Virus record (IMG/VR): IMGVR_UViG_3300036795_000250
Coordinates: 32,001-96,000 of that record
DNA: 64,000 nucleotides
Strand: one strand, 5' to 3'
Source: a virus
A model generated the notes under the pieces. The model had not been told where the DNA came from. It ran no database searches and saw only the letters and a program-made list of their open reading frames with translations. Below are positions 1-10,059 of the stretch, piece after piece; within the stretch, counting starts at the first letter, position 1; the number at the start of each line of letters is the position of its first letter. Position numbers and translations under genes: made by a program.

Positions 1-27
1 TAGCCAATCACTAGGGAGTGGATTAAC

Positions 28-510
28 ATCGGAAACATCGTCTTCGACGTCGCCAAGGGCCGCGTCAACGAATACATCCACCGAGTGTTCGTCGAGGATC
101 CGGCTAACGCTGTGATTGTTCTCGTCGCGATTCAGACCTCGGGTATTCAGGCCGATGGGACGCTCAAGCGGTATCTCACGTTAGGAGCTCTCCTGGGCTC
201 GACCAATCTGGAGGCGACCAACACTGGCTATGCGCGCAAGTCGCTCAGCAACTCGGTGATCACTGATGTCACCGTCGACAACACGGTCAGCGACTTGGCC
301 AAGTCCGCCATTCCCAACCAGACCTGGTCGGCAGTTCAGGCTACCGGCGGTGCTTGGTCGAAGTTGCTGGTCTGTTTTCGTCCTGACTCGACGAGTGGTA
401 CCGACGCGAGCATTGTGCCGCTCACCGCACACGACTTCATCGTCACGCCGGACGGGAACGACATCATCGCTTCGTTTAACGCGTCTACCGGCTTCTTTTC
501 CGCAGCGTGA
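28..510 (+). CDS. Actinophage minor tail/virion protein (probable non-canonical ATC start at 28; first GTG at 85)
   Basis: Frame reads IGNIVFDVAKGRVNEY..EATNTGYARKSL..AWSKLLVC..IVPLTAHDF.VTPDGNDI, typical of small actinophage tail proteins; SD-like AGGGAG at 13-18; in-frame TAG at 1-3. Confidence 0.7.
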   Translation: MGNIVFDVAKGRVNEYIHRVFVEDPANAVIVLVAIQTSGIQADGTLKRYLTLGALLGSTNLEATNTGYARKSLSNSVITDVTVDNTVSDLAKSAIPNQTWSAVQATGGAWSKLLVCFRPDSTSGTDASIVPLTAHDFIVTPDGNDIIASFNASTGFFSAA

Positions 511-536
511 GTTGGTGTTGCTAAGGAGATCACCTC

Positions 537-3512
537 GTGGTTCTGGGCATCACGTTCCCGATCACGCTGCCGCTAGCAATCCCGGCTGCGGTAGCTGACG
601 CGGATACGGGGGCGGGAGCCGATGGGACAAGTCTGGGTGTTGCGGGCAGTACAGATGTAGGCGCGAGCGTTGACAGCGCGAGTATCAAGGTCGTGTCGCT
701 GTTTGTTGGTCTCACATCGGAGACTGACTCCGCGAGCGCTGTCGCGCCGCAGCACTCGGTGCTGGTGAGGACGGCATCAGAGTCTGAGGCTGTCTTCGCA
801 GTATTCCCTCAGATACCCGTTGCGTACGATACGGAGACCGCTCAACCCGTATCCCCACAACAATCTGTGCAGGTCTCGGCAGCAGTAGGTGCTGATGCTG
901 CCTTCGGCGTGGCAGCCGTACATTCGGTCCGTGTTGTTGCCGCCTCGGAGTCGGACAGTGTATCGGCGGTCTCCGTAGCGAATGTCTCGGTCCTCGCCGC
1001 CACGGAGGTCGACGCTGTTTCAGCGGTCAGCCCTTCGCATGTCGCACACATCGTCACGGCCACCGAGACGGACAGCAGCATCGGCGTACCAGCCGCTCAC
1101 TCCGTTCTTGTTCGTGCTGCCACGGAGCAAGACTCAACGTTCGTCGTCAAGCTCCCCTTTGTGACTGCCGTTTTCACGTCCGAGGTGGACACAGCGCTTG
1201 CTGCTCATGCGGCGCACAGCGTATCCGTCGTGTCCACGCCCAGCGACAACGAGCACGCGCAGCCGATGTCGGTTGTCCGAGGGGTTTCGGTAGGCGTCCC
1301 GGGCTACGTGGAGACCGCTCAAGTCGTGGGCGTTATCCACAACCACGTTGTGGCGGTGGGAGTCGCTCATGATGTCGAGGTAGCTGAAAACATCCCGGTC
1401 AGCAATTCTCACATCGTTGTGGTGGGTACGGCGGCTGAGACCGAGACTGTCGGCGTTGTACTCCAGACGCACTCGCACACGATCCCGGTCGCGGCTGCGT
1501 ACTCCGGCATCGTCTCAGGGTTTGTCTACCCAAGCTCCACCACGTTCCCCAGCTCGACGCTGTACGGCGGCAGCACCGTGGCGGGAGCCGACCGTGCGTT
1601 CCCGGTCATTCCTGCGAGGAAGTCAGCTGCTCCGCCGCTGATGGACGTGACGATCACGGCGATCGCACCGTGGTCGTACCCCTTGCAGCCCGCTCCGCTG
1701 TTGACCGTTGAGTTTGACACGTTCATCCCGTCTGCTCGCATCTCCTATGGTGACGAGCTGTCGTTGCAGCCGGTCGGGTTTGAGGTACGCGTCTTGGCTG
1801 CACCGACCTACAGCACTGTGCTCGCGATTATCGCGGACTGGTCAGAGTTGGTGTTCGGTCCGGCGTTGTCGGCCGAGGGCAATGGCTCGGTCACCATGAG
1901 CTTGGACTCTCCATTTTGGCTGACGACACTGCCCGGGGGCCTGGCGGCCACCGCATTGTTGGACGACGAGCATCTATGGGAGGTCTGGGAAAACGGTCAA
2001 TGCCGGTTCCAATTCCTCGGGATGACCGTCCAAGAAGAGATCTTGGAAGCGTCGGGAGGGCACGCGGTCTCGGTGTCCGGGCCAGGAACGGCGGAGGTGC
2101 TCAAGTGGGCGCAGATCTTTCCGCCAGCTTTCCCCGCGATGACAGGAGATCTCGGGCTCAACTGGCAGTTCAACATGCTGGGAACTCCGTCAACCAGCTC
2201 AATGGACTGCTGGCTCCAACTGCTCCAGGCTGCACAGGGCCGAGGCACCATCCCGTTCGTTGATCCCCAGTTCACTACCACCACGGACTCGAACGGCGCT
2301 CCGTGGTCGGATATCGGCATCGCTGGGCCCTGGCTCCCGGTTCTGGGTATCGACCTGTTGGCCGCGTTGAACACCGCGACCGGGCAAGACACCAGCACGG
2401 GACAGACCGGCACCTCTGGTCAGGACTCCACCGCGTCCGTGACTCTGGTGGCCGACTGGAAGATGCTGCCGCAGTTCAAGTTGCTGGCGGCTCCGGTGCT
2501 GGGCACGCATAAAGAAGACACAGTCATCTTCTATGACAACAACAGCAACGTCACTCGGACGCGGGTGCGCAGCCGACAGAGCATCGCGAACTATGAAGCG
2601 GTCATCGTGAACAGCGTCATCGACTACTCGCTGGTCACAGATTCCACCTCGATCGCGAAGTGGAACCAGCGTGAAATGCTGTCGTACAACGAGGCCATGA
2701 CTGATCCAGCTCAGCGAGATGCGCTGGCGACCGCGTTGCTGGATGGGCAAAGCGACGAGCAGTCTGAGTGGGTGCTGGCCGTCGCATACGGCGTGAAGGG
2801 CAGGATGCCGTTTGTTGACTTCGACGTCGGCGATTGGATCGGGGTCGAGCAGTACTCCCCGACTGGTGTGGACCCGCTGACAGGCACCCCGACCGGCGGC
2901 ACGACGGTCGTGGAGTCCAACCGAGTCGTCGCTATCGTGATTCAGGTGAGCGCCGATAACACCGTGTCGATGGAGCTGACGCTGAACAGCACCCTCACCT
3001 CGTGGCAATCCGCTATCCAGCAGAACATTGCTCGGGCGCTGACGATTGCCAACACAGTGCCGCCCGGGTTCGGCACCAACCAGGCCAGCTATAGCTCATA
3101 CAGCGCTACCGTTTCGCCCACTACGGTGTCGACGTTGATCGGCGGATGGGTCGAGACGAGCAGCCCGTCCAACACTCACGTGAGTGTGGATAGTGGCGGG
3201 TTTCCCAGCGTGCCCGGGAGCACTGCGCTGACGATTCAAGACTCTGGCTCATACGCCATCACCCTCCAAGCCGCCGACACGCCAGGTGCAGGTGGTGATT
3301 GGGTTGTGAGGTTGACGTACAACAGCTTTGATTCTTACGCTCCTGCAACGCAAATGGTCTTGTATGTAGGGTCTACTGTCGTTGCTACTTCCCCGAGTGT
3401 TAGTCAAGCGATCTATATTCCGCGCGGTGGGTATTTGACCTTCTCTGTACAGGGCACCGCGTCGTCGCCGTCAGGGCAGCAGGTAGTTCTGGACGTGTTG
3501 AAAGTGAGCTAG
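537..3512 (+). CDS. Large minor tail protein: N-terminal ~22-aa A/V/S/T repeats, central tail hub-like region, beta-rich C-terminus
   Basis: 991 aa; repeats (A/T)(A/T)(S/T)E(T/S/V/Q)D(S/A); YPSSTTFPSSTLY motif; PFVDFDVGDWIGV typical of siphovirus minor tail proteins; follows a tail gene. Confidence 0.7.
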   Translation: MVLGITFPITLPLAIPAAVADADTGAGADGTSLGVAGSTDVGASVDSASIKVVSLFVGLTSETDSASAVAPQHSVLVRTASESEAVFAVFPQIPVAYDTETAQPVSPQQSVQVSAAVGADAAFGVAAVHSVRVVAASESDSVSAVSVANVSVLAATEVDAVSAVSPSHVAHIVTATETDSSIGVPAAHSVLVRAATEQDSTFVVKLPFVTAVFTSEVDTALAAHAAHSVSVVSTPSDNEHAQPMSVVRGVSVGVPGYVETAQVVGVIHNHVVAVGVAHDVEVAENIPVSNSHIVVVGTAAETETVGVVLQTHSHTIPVAAAYSGIVSGFVYPSSTTFPSSTLYGGSTVAGADRAFPVIPARKSAAPPLMDVTITAIAPWSYPLQPAPLLTVEFDTFIPSARISYGDELSLQPVGFEVRVLAAPTYSTVLAIIADWSELVFGPALSAEGNGSVTMSLDSPFWLTTLPGGLAATALLDDEHLWEVWENGQCRFQFLGMTVQEEILEASGGHAVSVSGPGTAEVLKWAQIFPPAFPAMTGDLGLNWQFNMLGTPSTSSMDCWLQLLQAAQGRGTIPFVDPQFTTTTDSNGAPWSDIGIAGPWLPVLGIDLLAALNTATGQDTSTGQTGTSGQDSTASVTLVADWKMLPQFKLLAAPVLGTHKEDTVIFYDNNSNVTRTRVRSRQSIANYEAVIVNSVIDYSLVTDSTSIAKWNQREMLSYNEAMTDPAQRDALATALLDGQSDEQSEWVLAVAYGVKGRMPFVDFDVGDWIGVEQYSPTGVDPLTGTPTGGTTVVESNRVVAIVIQVSADNTVSMELTLNSTLTSWQSAIQQNIARALTIANTVPPGFGTNQASYSSYSATVSPTTVSTLIGGWVETSSPSNTHVSVDSGGFPSVPGSTALTIQDSGSYAITLQAADTPGAGGDWVVRLTYNSFDSYAPATQMVLYVGSTVVATSPSVSQAIYIPRGGYLTFSVQGTASSPSGQQVVLDVLKVS

Positions 3513-3820
3513 ACCGTCGCGGGCGCGTGTATGCTCGACACCAGCACAGATGTCCCATGCTGTGTGTCTGGCCGCGAAGGATCCGGCCCGAGCCTCCGGG
3601 ATAGCCGCTGTGGAGGTTAACAACAATGGTTGCTAGCTTTGTCGCGTTAAGATATGAAGCCCTCAAAGCGTTCCGCACCGACGATTCGTACGCTGTTTTA
3701 ATCGCACGCACCGCTGTCGTGATAGGTCGTAAGCGCTGCGCCCGGGGATCACACCCGCAGCTGGCACCAGATCGCCCGCTATCCATGCGTGAGAACGCGT
3801 CCTGAGAGGGTATCTCGCAG

Positions 3821-5449
3821 GTGACTTCTCTGATGCCGTCGTCAGGACGGTTCACCGACGCACGTCGGTTCGAGTTCGGCGAGGCCGTCCGTCGGGCCGC
3901 TGACTTCCAGCTGCCTCCTCTGTCCTATTTCAACAGTGACCCATGCCCGCAACACCAGGAGATTCACGCCGACTGTCGGCAGTGTGGCATCGTCTTGCGG
4001 CGCCACCAGCGGATCGGTGTCGCCTGGTTGTACGTGGTGCGGCGCGGCTTGATAGCCGACTCGATGGGTACGGGTAAGACCGCCCACGTGGCAGGTTTGT
4101 TGGCGCTGCTCATGCAGGCTGGTGAGCTAGACGATGACCGAGCAGTCATCGTGGTGCGTTCGGGGAGCCCGGTGATGCAGTGGCAAGCCGAGCTGAACAG
4201 GTTGGTCCCGACACTGGGCGTCAGCGTGGCTACCGGCACGCGACAGGAGCGTGTGGAGCGCTATCTGTCTCCGTGGCGCGTGATGCTGATGGGCTACCAC
4301 ATGTTCTCACGCGACCTGGAGGATATGCTCAACTTCCCGATCAACACGCTGATCGTGGACGACGTGGATGCCTTACGGCACCGGGAAAATAAGACTGCTT
4401 ATGCCATCAAGCGTCTAGCGCGAGACTGCAAGCGAGTGGTCATCCTCTCGGGCACACCACTTCAGAAGCGGCTGCCGGAACTGCACTCGGTGCTGGAGCC
4501 GATTGGCGGGCGAGAGATCTTCGGTTCCGAGCTGGCCTTCCGCCAGCGGTACGTGCGCGAGGAGAAGGTGAAGGTCTACGCCCGTCGCCGCGAGGGTGCG
4601 CCGCAGGCGATCAACACCACCAAGGCCGTCGGCTACAAGAACATTGACGAGTTCATTCAGCGAATTCGGCCGCTGGCCCTGCGGCGCACGGCCGCCGACA
4701 TCACCGATGTCGACCTGCCCGCTGTCGTGTCCCAGGACGTGTTCCTAGATTTGTATCCGGTACAGCACGCCCGGTACCGCGAATTACAGGCCGGGGTCCT
4801 GAAGATCATCAAGGCGGAGGGCACCACCGTCTCCCGCCCGGCCGCAGTAGCACAGTTCACCTACGGCGCGATGCTGTGCTCCGGGCTGTGTACGTTGGGC
4901 GAGGCAGATCGGCCGAAGTCCTCGATCAAGCTGGATTGGCTGGAGGAGAAGCTGGTCGAAGGAGACCTCAGCGACGAGAAAGTCGTTTGCTTCATGAATT
5001 TCAAGAATTCCATCCGGGCGATGCAGGAGCGGCTGACTCGGGCTGGGGTCGGCTACGTCACCATCTGGGGCGAGGAGAAGAGGCCGGCGGCGCGGTTCGC
5101 GGCTCAGGAGAAGTTCTGGCAGGATCCGAACTGCCGGGTGCTGATGGGGACCAGTGCGATCGAGCAGAGCCTGAACCTCCAGATTGCTCGGCATCTGGTC
5201 AATGTGGACACCATCTTGAACGCGGCACGGATGGCCCAGCTCTCGGGTCGGATCAGACGCGACGGGTCTAGCCACTCGACCGTCTATGTGCACAACCTCC
5301 TGACGACGGGGACTCAGGAGGAGCAGTACCTGCCACTGCTGGAACGAGAGCAGGCACTCCAGGACGCCGTCTGGAATGAGCAGAGCGAACTGTTTCATGC
5401 CTTGTCGCCCTTGGCATTGTTGTCTTTGATCGGTAAGAGCAGCGTGTAG
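3821..5449 (+). CDS. SNF2-family (SF2) helicase/ATPase
   Basis: LRRHQRIGVAWL, Walker A IADSMGTGKT, motif III LSGTPLQ, LRRT, SLNLQ, QLSGRIRR; Walker B reads DDVD. Confidence 0.9.
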   Translation: MTSLMPSSGRFTDARRFEFGEAVRRAADFQLPPLSYFNSDPCPQHQEIHADCRQCGIVLRRHQRIGVAWLYVVRRGLIADSMGTGKTAHVAGLLALLMQAGELDDDRAVIVVRSGSPVMQWQAELNRLVPTLGVSVATGTRQERVERYLSPWRVMLMGYHMFSRDLEDMLNFPINTLIVDDVDALRHRENKTAYAIKRLARDCKRVVILSGTPLQKRLPELHSVLEPIGGREIFGSELAFRQRYVREEKVKVYARRREGAPQAINTTKAVGYKNIDEFIQRIRPLALRRTAADITDVDLPAVVSQDVFLDLYPVQHARYRELQAGVLKIIKAEGTTVSRPAAVAQFTYGAMLCSGLCTLGEADRPKSSIKLDWLEEKLVEGDLSDEKVVCFMNFKNSIRAMQERLTRAGVGYVTIWGEEKRPAARFAAQEKFWQDPNCRVLMGTSAIEQSLNLQIARHLVNVDTILNAARMAQLSGRIRRDGSSHSTVYVHNLLTTGTQEEQYLPLLEREQALQDAVWNEQSELFHALSPLALLSLIGKSSV

Positions 5450-5479
5450 CGGGGTCTGAGTCGAGGGTGAGGTGGCAGG

Positions 5480-6466
5480 GTGGAGGAGCCCTACGCAGTC
5501 TTGCAGGGCTATTGGAGCTGGCGACAATTCATTCAACCGGTGCCGCGTTATCTGACCGTGCTGCTGGGGATGGTGCGTTCATGGGTGATTGACGGCTCCG
5601 AGCCGTCTCGTCAAGCCATCAGCTCGTTCCTGGATGATAAGCGTGCCCTCATCGAGGGCGAGTTGCGCTCCCACGACAATGCGCCCGACCTGATTCCGTT
5701 GCTCGATGCATGTTTGGCGCTGGACGCGATGCATCGTCCGGAGCGCCCGGAGGTTCCGGTCCGAGCGATGCGGCCTGAGCTGGCCGCGTTGGTGCGGCAG
5801 TACGAGCGGTTGCCGAAGGCTGTGGCCTGGAAAGTCTGGCGCACCGCGCCCACCCAACTGGATTTGGATGAGCTGACCGGCATCGCCAATGCCGCCCTGG
5901 TCGCCTCGGCCGCCCGCTGGCCGGCGCACTGCGCGAAGCACGGCTACAGCCCGACCAGTGTCGAATATTTTCAGTACGTCGCCACCCTGCGCATCCGTGG
6001 TGCGGTCTATGACGCGCTGCGCTCCGAGGACTGGGTCACCCGCAAGATCCGCCGGAACGCCAAGGCATTGCTGGCTGCTGGTCAGGAGACCGGGGCCTCA
6101 CTGCACGAACTGTCACAACGAACCGGGTTGTCGCGCGATGACGTGCAGGAGACCTTGCTTGCCATGACGCAGGCGCCAGTCTCCTTAGAGCTCCAGGAGG
6201 TGGAGTTCAGTGCTCCCGAACAGGCTATTGAGTCGCAGGTTGCCGCGAAACAGATCCTGAACGTGTGTGCCGACGCTATTCAGACACTGTCCGAGGAGAA
6301 GCAGAATGTGCTGGTGCTCAAGTACTACTGCGACATGTCCTTGGATGAGATAGCGGAGCAGCTGGAGCTGCCGAAATCTCGAATCTCCGCTCTCCACATC
6401 GAGGCTGTACTCGCAGTGCACGCTGCGATGCGCGCCTACGTCGATGATGTGTCCGAGGCGAGCTAG
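5480..6466 (+). CDS. Sigma-70 family RNA polymerase sigma factor, FliA/WhiG-like, with ~90-aa N-terminal extension
   Basis: RIRGAVYDALRSEDWVTRKIR (FliA/WhiG signature RIRGAxxDELRxxDWVPR), PVSLE, region 4 LSEEKQNVLVLKYY..MSLDEIAEQLELPKSRISALH. Confidence 0.88.
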   Translation: MEEPYAVLQGYWSWRQFIQPVPRYLTVLLGMVRSWVIDGSEPSRQAISSFLDDKRALIEGELRSHDNAPDLIPLLDACLALDAMHRPERPEVPVRAMRPELAALVRQYERLPKAVAWKVWRTAPTQLDLDELTGIANAALVASAARWPAHCAKHGYSPTSVEYFQYVATLRIRGAVYDALRSEDWVTRKIRRNAKALLAAGQETGASLHELSQRTGLSRDDVQETLLAMTQAPVSLELQEVEFSAPEQAIESQVAAKQILNVCADAIQTLSEEKQNVLVLKYYCDMSLDEIAEQLELPKSRISALHIEAVLAVHAAMRAYVDDVSEAS

Positions 6467-6468
6467 CG

Positions 6469-6891
6469 ATGACTAAGGCACATGAGAAGAACATGCTGAG
6501 CCGCCACCGCGTAGTCGGCGGTCGTCGCCACGGCAAAGTCTCCACCTATGCCCACGGCTGCAAATGTGTGCTGTGCAAGGCGGCGCACAGTGCCTATGTC
6601 GCCGAGTTCCGCAGGAAAGCTGTAGCGGCACGCTTCGTCGACGCGGACGGCAACCTGTGCGCACCGGTCCCGGAGCACATGCACGGCAGGCTCAGCACCT
6701 ACGGCAATCGCTCCTGCCGCTGTACCCGGTGCCACCAAGCCCGGAGCGACTACCACTACCGGATGTACGGCCCAGCGCGCCAGAAGCTCGCACCAGAGGA
6801 ACTCGCCCGCCTGCGGCGCTCGGTCGGGCTGGCCACCGACACCAGCACGGCGACTATGGCACAGAACACGGCACAGACCAAGGAGTACTGA
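6469..6891 (+). CDS. Small protein with two HGxxSTY..CxCxxC zinc-binding repeats
   Basis: HGKVSTYAHGCKCVLC and HGRLSTYGNRSCRCTRC; motif common in actinophage proteins. Confidence 0.75.
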   Translation: MTKAHEKNMLSRHRVVGGRRHGKVSTYAHGCKCVLCKAAHSAYVAEFRRKAVAARFVDADGNLCAPVPEHMHGRLSTYGNRSCRCTRCHQARSDYHYRMYGPARQKLAPEELARLRRSVGLATDTSTATMAQNTAQTKEY

Positions 6892-7265
6892 TGGCCGGAC
6901 TCGATATGTCCAAAGGCATCCCGCGTGGACGTCCGACGCGGAAGATGCCGACCCCGTTTCAGCGGAAGAGTATTGCGGTCGGACCGCGCGCCGATGAGCA
7001 GCGCCGGGTATGGCAATGGATCCCGCCGTCCGCGCTGACCGAAGGTGACGTCGTGCCAGGCATGGGGCTGGTACACCGGGTGCGGGAAGTGGTGGTCGCA
7101 CCCGGCTTTGAGAGCGGCATGGCGCCGATCGACATCGTCGATGCGATCCTGTGGGCGGTGCGCATCGACGCGGGAGTACCCGACTCGCAGGAGTACGAAG
7201 TGGACGCCTCGACGAACCTCTGGGCGTTCAGCTGCGAGCGAGAAGGGACGAGTGCTGGTGGGTAG
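6891..7265 (+). CDS. Hypothetical protein (MAGLDMSKG...)
   Basis: AAGGAG SD and ATG at 6891 overlapping the previous stop; fills the gap before dnaB. Confidence 0.6.
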   Translation: MAGLDMSKGIPRGRPTRKMPTPFQRKSIAVGPRADEQRRVWQWIPPSALTEGDVVPGMGLVHRVREVVVAPGFESGMAPIDIVDAILWAVRIDAGVPDSQEYEVDASTNLWAFSCEREGTSAGG

Positions 7266-8769
7266 CAGTTCCTACGAACACTGTCAGACGGTGCTGGTTG
7301 GCATCCTCGCTGGCCGGCGAGACCTCTTGGAGCGCGCGAACCGGCGCCTGATGCCCGAGCACTTCAACGATCAGACACTGCGCAACGTGTTCATCATGAT
7401 CAACCGCTACTTCGAAGTGACCGGCGGCATCCTGACTCGATCCGCCGTGGACGACATCCTGCGTGGCAGTGCGGCCGACGCGGGCCGAGTGGCGCTGTAT
7501 CAGGAGACGTTCGACCTGCTGGTCAGCCGGGCAGCGGATGACGTGGCCGTGCTCTGGTCAGTCGACCAGATCGTGGAGCTCGCCGCCGAGCGAGCCACCA
7601 GCGACGCGTTGGTGCAGGCGATGGCCATCCTCAATCATGGTGCGCAGGATGAGAAGGGTGAGACCCTGCGCGGGCACGGCGATGCGCGTCATCACGTGCT
7701 GGCTGCGTTCGCCGAAATCGACAAGGAGCTGGCCAAGCAGGCTTCGCCCGAAGGCGACATGCGGAGTGAGGGTCGCGAAATCGCCGACGAGTACGAGACT
7801 CGCAAGCAGCTCAAGCGCTCCAACCTCGCCGACGGCTACCGCTTCGGGATCCCGTGTGTCGACGATCTGACGGGCGGGCTCCAGCCTGGGGACCTCGGTC
7901 TCATCGCTGGGTACACCAGCGCAGGCAAGAGCGCGCTGTTGGTGCAGTTGGCCTGGCACATGGCTATCTGCCAAGGCAAGAACGTCGTGGTGGCGACAAC
8001 GGAGACGCTGCGGCCGGCGGTTCGGCGCAAAATTATCTGCCGACATTCCCTGCTGCCCCAGTTCGGCCTTGCCGAGGGGATCAACTCGCGAGACATCCGC
8101 CGTGGCAGCCTCAGCACGGAGCACGAGAAGATCCTGCACGATGTGCTCAACGATTTTACAACCAACCCCGCCTACGGCCACCTACACATCATGCAGGTGC
8201 CCTATGGAGCGACGATCCCCGCGCTGGAAGCACGCCTGATGCGGGTTCACCGGCAGTGGCCGATTCATCTGGTGGCGATGGACTACCTGCAACTGCTGCA
8301 CGGTGAGCGTGAGCGGCGTCGGCACTCCGATCGCGAGGAGCAGTCCTCCATTGTGAAGGCGGCCAAGCAGTTAGCCACGACGTTCGATGATGGCGGTGGC
8401 TTGTGCGTGGTCTCGCCGTGGCAGGTCAATCGGACCAGCCGGGAGATCGCCGGTCGGGAGCATCACTATACGTTGCAGGCACTCTCCGAGACGGCGGAGG
8501 CGTCCAACAGCCCTGACGTGATCATGTCCATCTTGGAGCCGGCCGACACCGCATCGCGCTACGTCGATCTCTTGATGCAGGTGTTGAAGAACCGCGACGG
8601 TATGCGGACCTCGGCGCAGACCATGGCCGTGCGCGGGGACTATGCGACCTCTTCGTTCAGCGAACCCACCCAGGGTGCGTCGCTGACCGCGCTTGCCGCC
8701 GGGAGCGGCTCTCTGGCTGCATCCCCCGCGAACTCCACTGATGGCGAGTCGTTGTTCGTGTCGGGCTAG
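7258..8769 (+). CDS. dnaB: Replicative DNA helicase, DnaB family
   Basis: N-terminal LMPEHF, GIPCVDDLTGGLQPGDLGLIAGYTSAGKS (Walker A), MDYLQLL, QVNR, VLKNRDG; start set at GTG 7258. Confidence 0.9.
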   Translation: MGSSSYEHCQTVLVGILAGRRDLLERANRRLMPEHFNDQTLRNVFIMINRYFEVTGGILTRSAVDDILRGSAADAGRVALYQETFDLLVSRAADDVAVLWSVDQIVELAAERATSDALVQAMAILNHGAQDEKGETLRGHGDARHHVLAAFAEIDKELAKQASPEGDMRSEGREIADEYETRKQLKRSNLADGYRFGIPCVDDLTGGLQPGDLGLIAGYTSAGKSALLVQLAWHMAICQGKNVVVATTETLRPAVRRKIICRHSLLPQFGLAEGINSRDIRRGSLSTEHEKILHDVLNDFTTNPAYGHLHIMQVPYGATIPALEARLMRVHRQWPIHLVAMDYLQLLHGERERRRHSDREEQSSIVKAAKQLATTFDDGGGLCVVSPWQVNRTSREIAGREHHYTLQALSETAEASNSPDVIMSILEPADTASRYVDLLMQVLKNRDGMRTSAQTMAVRGDYATSSFSEPTQGASLTALAAGSGSLAASPANSTDGESLFVSG

Positions 8770-8836
8770 CCAGCCCAGAGCACCCGATTTCGCCCGTATG
8801 CAACTGGTTACGGGAACCGATGCCGGTTCCCTGTCC

Positions 8837-9712
8837 TCACGCGGCTAGCTGTACCGGCTCGACGCCAGTGCTCGGCAGGATCACCAATTCCAGCTCACAC
8901 TGACATTGTGGGTGCCGTGGCGGTCCTTGCAGGTCCCGGAATACCGGGATGGGTTTGCGTCCGAGGGTGGCCGTGTAGCTGAACTGCGTGTCCAGCCCGA
9001 TGATGGTGCCCTCCAGCGCCAGGCACATGTCACAGGGATCAGCCGAGGTCGTCATCCACCGCTTCCCCAACCGCAGGGTGGGGTGCTCCCGGCCGAACTC
9101 CTCATAGCTGTCCTGCTGGATCTCCGACTGTGCCTTGGTCACCAGCACGCTCATCACGCCCCGCACGCGCAGATCGAGCCGCTGCATGGCCGTGTTCACC
9201 GCTGCCGCGACGGCGAGCGCGCGCAGGCGCCCCAGCTCCCGCGTCACGTTCGTCGTACCGCCGGGGCGTTGCTGGTAGGAGGGTGGCGGGGTGACACCTC
9301 GATAGGCGGCCGAGGCTAAATTCAAGATGTCGGTCTTCGCGTCGTCCATCGCCCGGTCGAGATCCGCCAGCACGCCGGAGAGATAGCCCGATGGCCACAA
9401 CTCGACGGCGGGTGGCTCGTAGCCCAGGCCGGCGTACTCGCGCTCCAGCTTGCTGCGCGCGAACCGCATCGACGCCTGGTAGCTGGCCGTGGCGAGGTCG
9501 GCCAGTTTGGTGTGGGCGTCGTGCAGCTCGGTGTCCAGCGCCTGCAACACGTCGGCTCGATGCAGCACCGCCTCGGGAGGCTTGCCCGGGTTGTTACGCA
9601 CCACCTGCCCGGCATAGCGGGTGAAGTGTGCCGCGATGCGCCGCACGTCAGCGAGGGCACGCCGCTGTACTTGTTCCTGGAGGCGTTTCGTCGCCATCGA
9701 GCTAGCACTCAC
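8837..9712 (-). CDS. MuF/gp7-like minor head (head morphogenesis) protein
   Basis: KRWMTTSADPCDMCLALEG and PPRHPQCQC motifs; downstream of portal. Confidence 0.8.
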   Translation of the reverse strand: MSASSMATKRLQEQVQRRALADVRRIAAHFTRYAGQVVRNNPGKPPEAVLHRADVLQALDTELHDAHTKLADLATASYQASMRFARSKLEREYAGLGYEPPAVELWPSGYLSGVLADLDRAMDDAKTDILNLASAAYRGVTPPPSYQQRPGGTTNVTRELGRLRALAVAAAVNTAMQRLDLRVRGVMSVLVTKAQSEIQQDSYEEFGREHPTLRLGKRWMTTSADPCDMCLALEGTIIGLDTQFSYTATLGRKPIPVFRDLQGPPRHPQCQCELELVILPSTGVEPVQLAA

Positions 9713-10059
9713 TGTGGTTCACCACGTCCCGCTGACCCTGTGAGCGTCTCGTGCGTGTCATGGGTGAGGTCCCGACGCAGCCGCACATCGGCCAGGCTGT
9801 TGACTTGCCAGAGCAGTGCGGCACCCGTGTACACCGCCAGCGCCACAATGGACAGTGTGGATCGGTCAATGAGGTTGACCACACCTATCCCCGAGTACAC
9901 CGACATCACCGCGACCCGGCAGGTCACTGTGCGAACCAGGTGTCGGTGCACTCGATCTGGCGGCCCTCCGCGCAGCCGCACCAATGACACGGTCTGTATC
10001 GCCACGCTCTCTAAAGACACGAACAGGTACAACGCGGCGAGGACTAAGTCAAGGATCAC
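9709..10059 (-). CDS. Membrane protein (about 3 TM)
   Basis: Hydrophobic segments; overlaps both neighbours. Confidence 0.65.
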   Translation of the reverse strand: MILDLVLAALYLFVSLESVAIQTVSLVRLRGGPPDRVHRHLVRTVTCRVAVMSVYSGIGVVNLIDRSTLSIVALAVYTGAALLWQVNSLADVRLRRDLTHDTHETLTGSAGRGEPQ

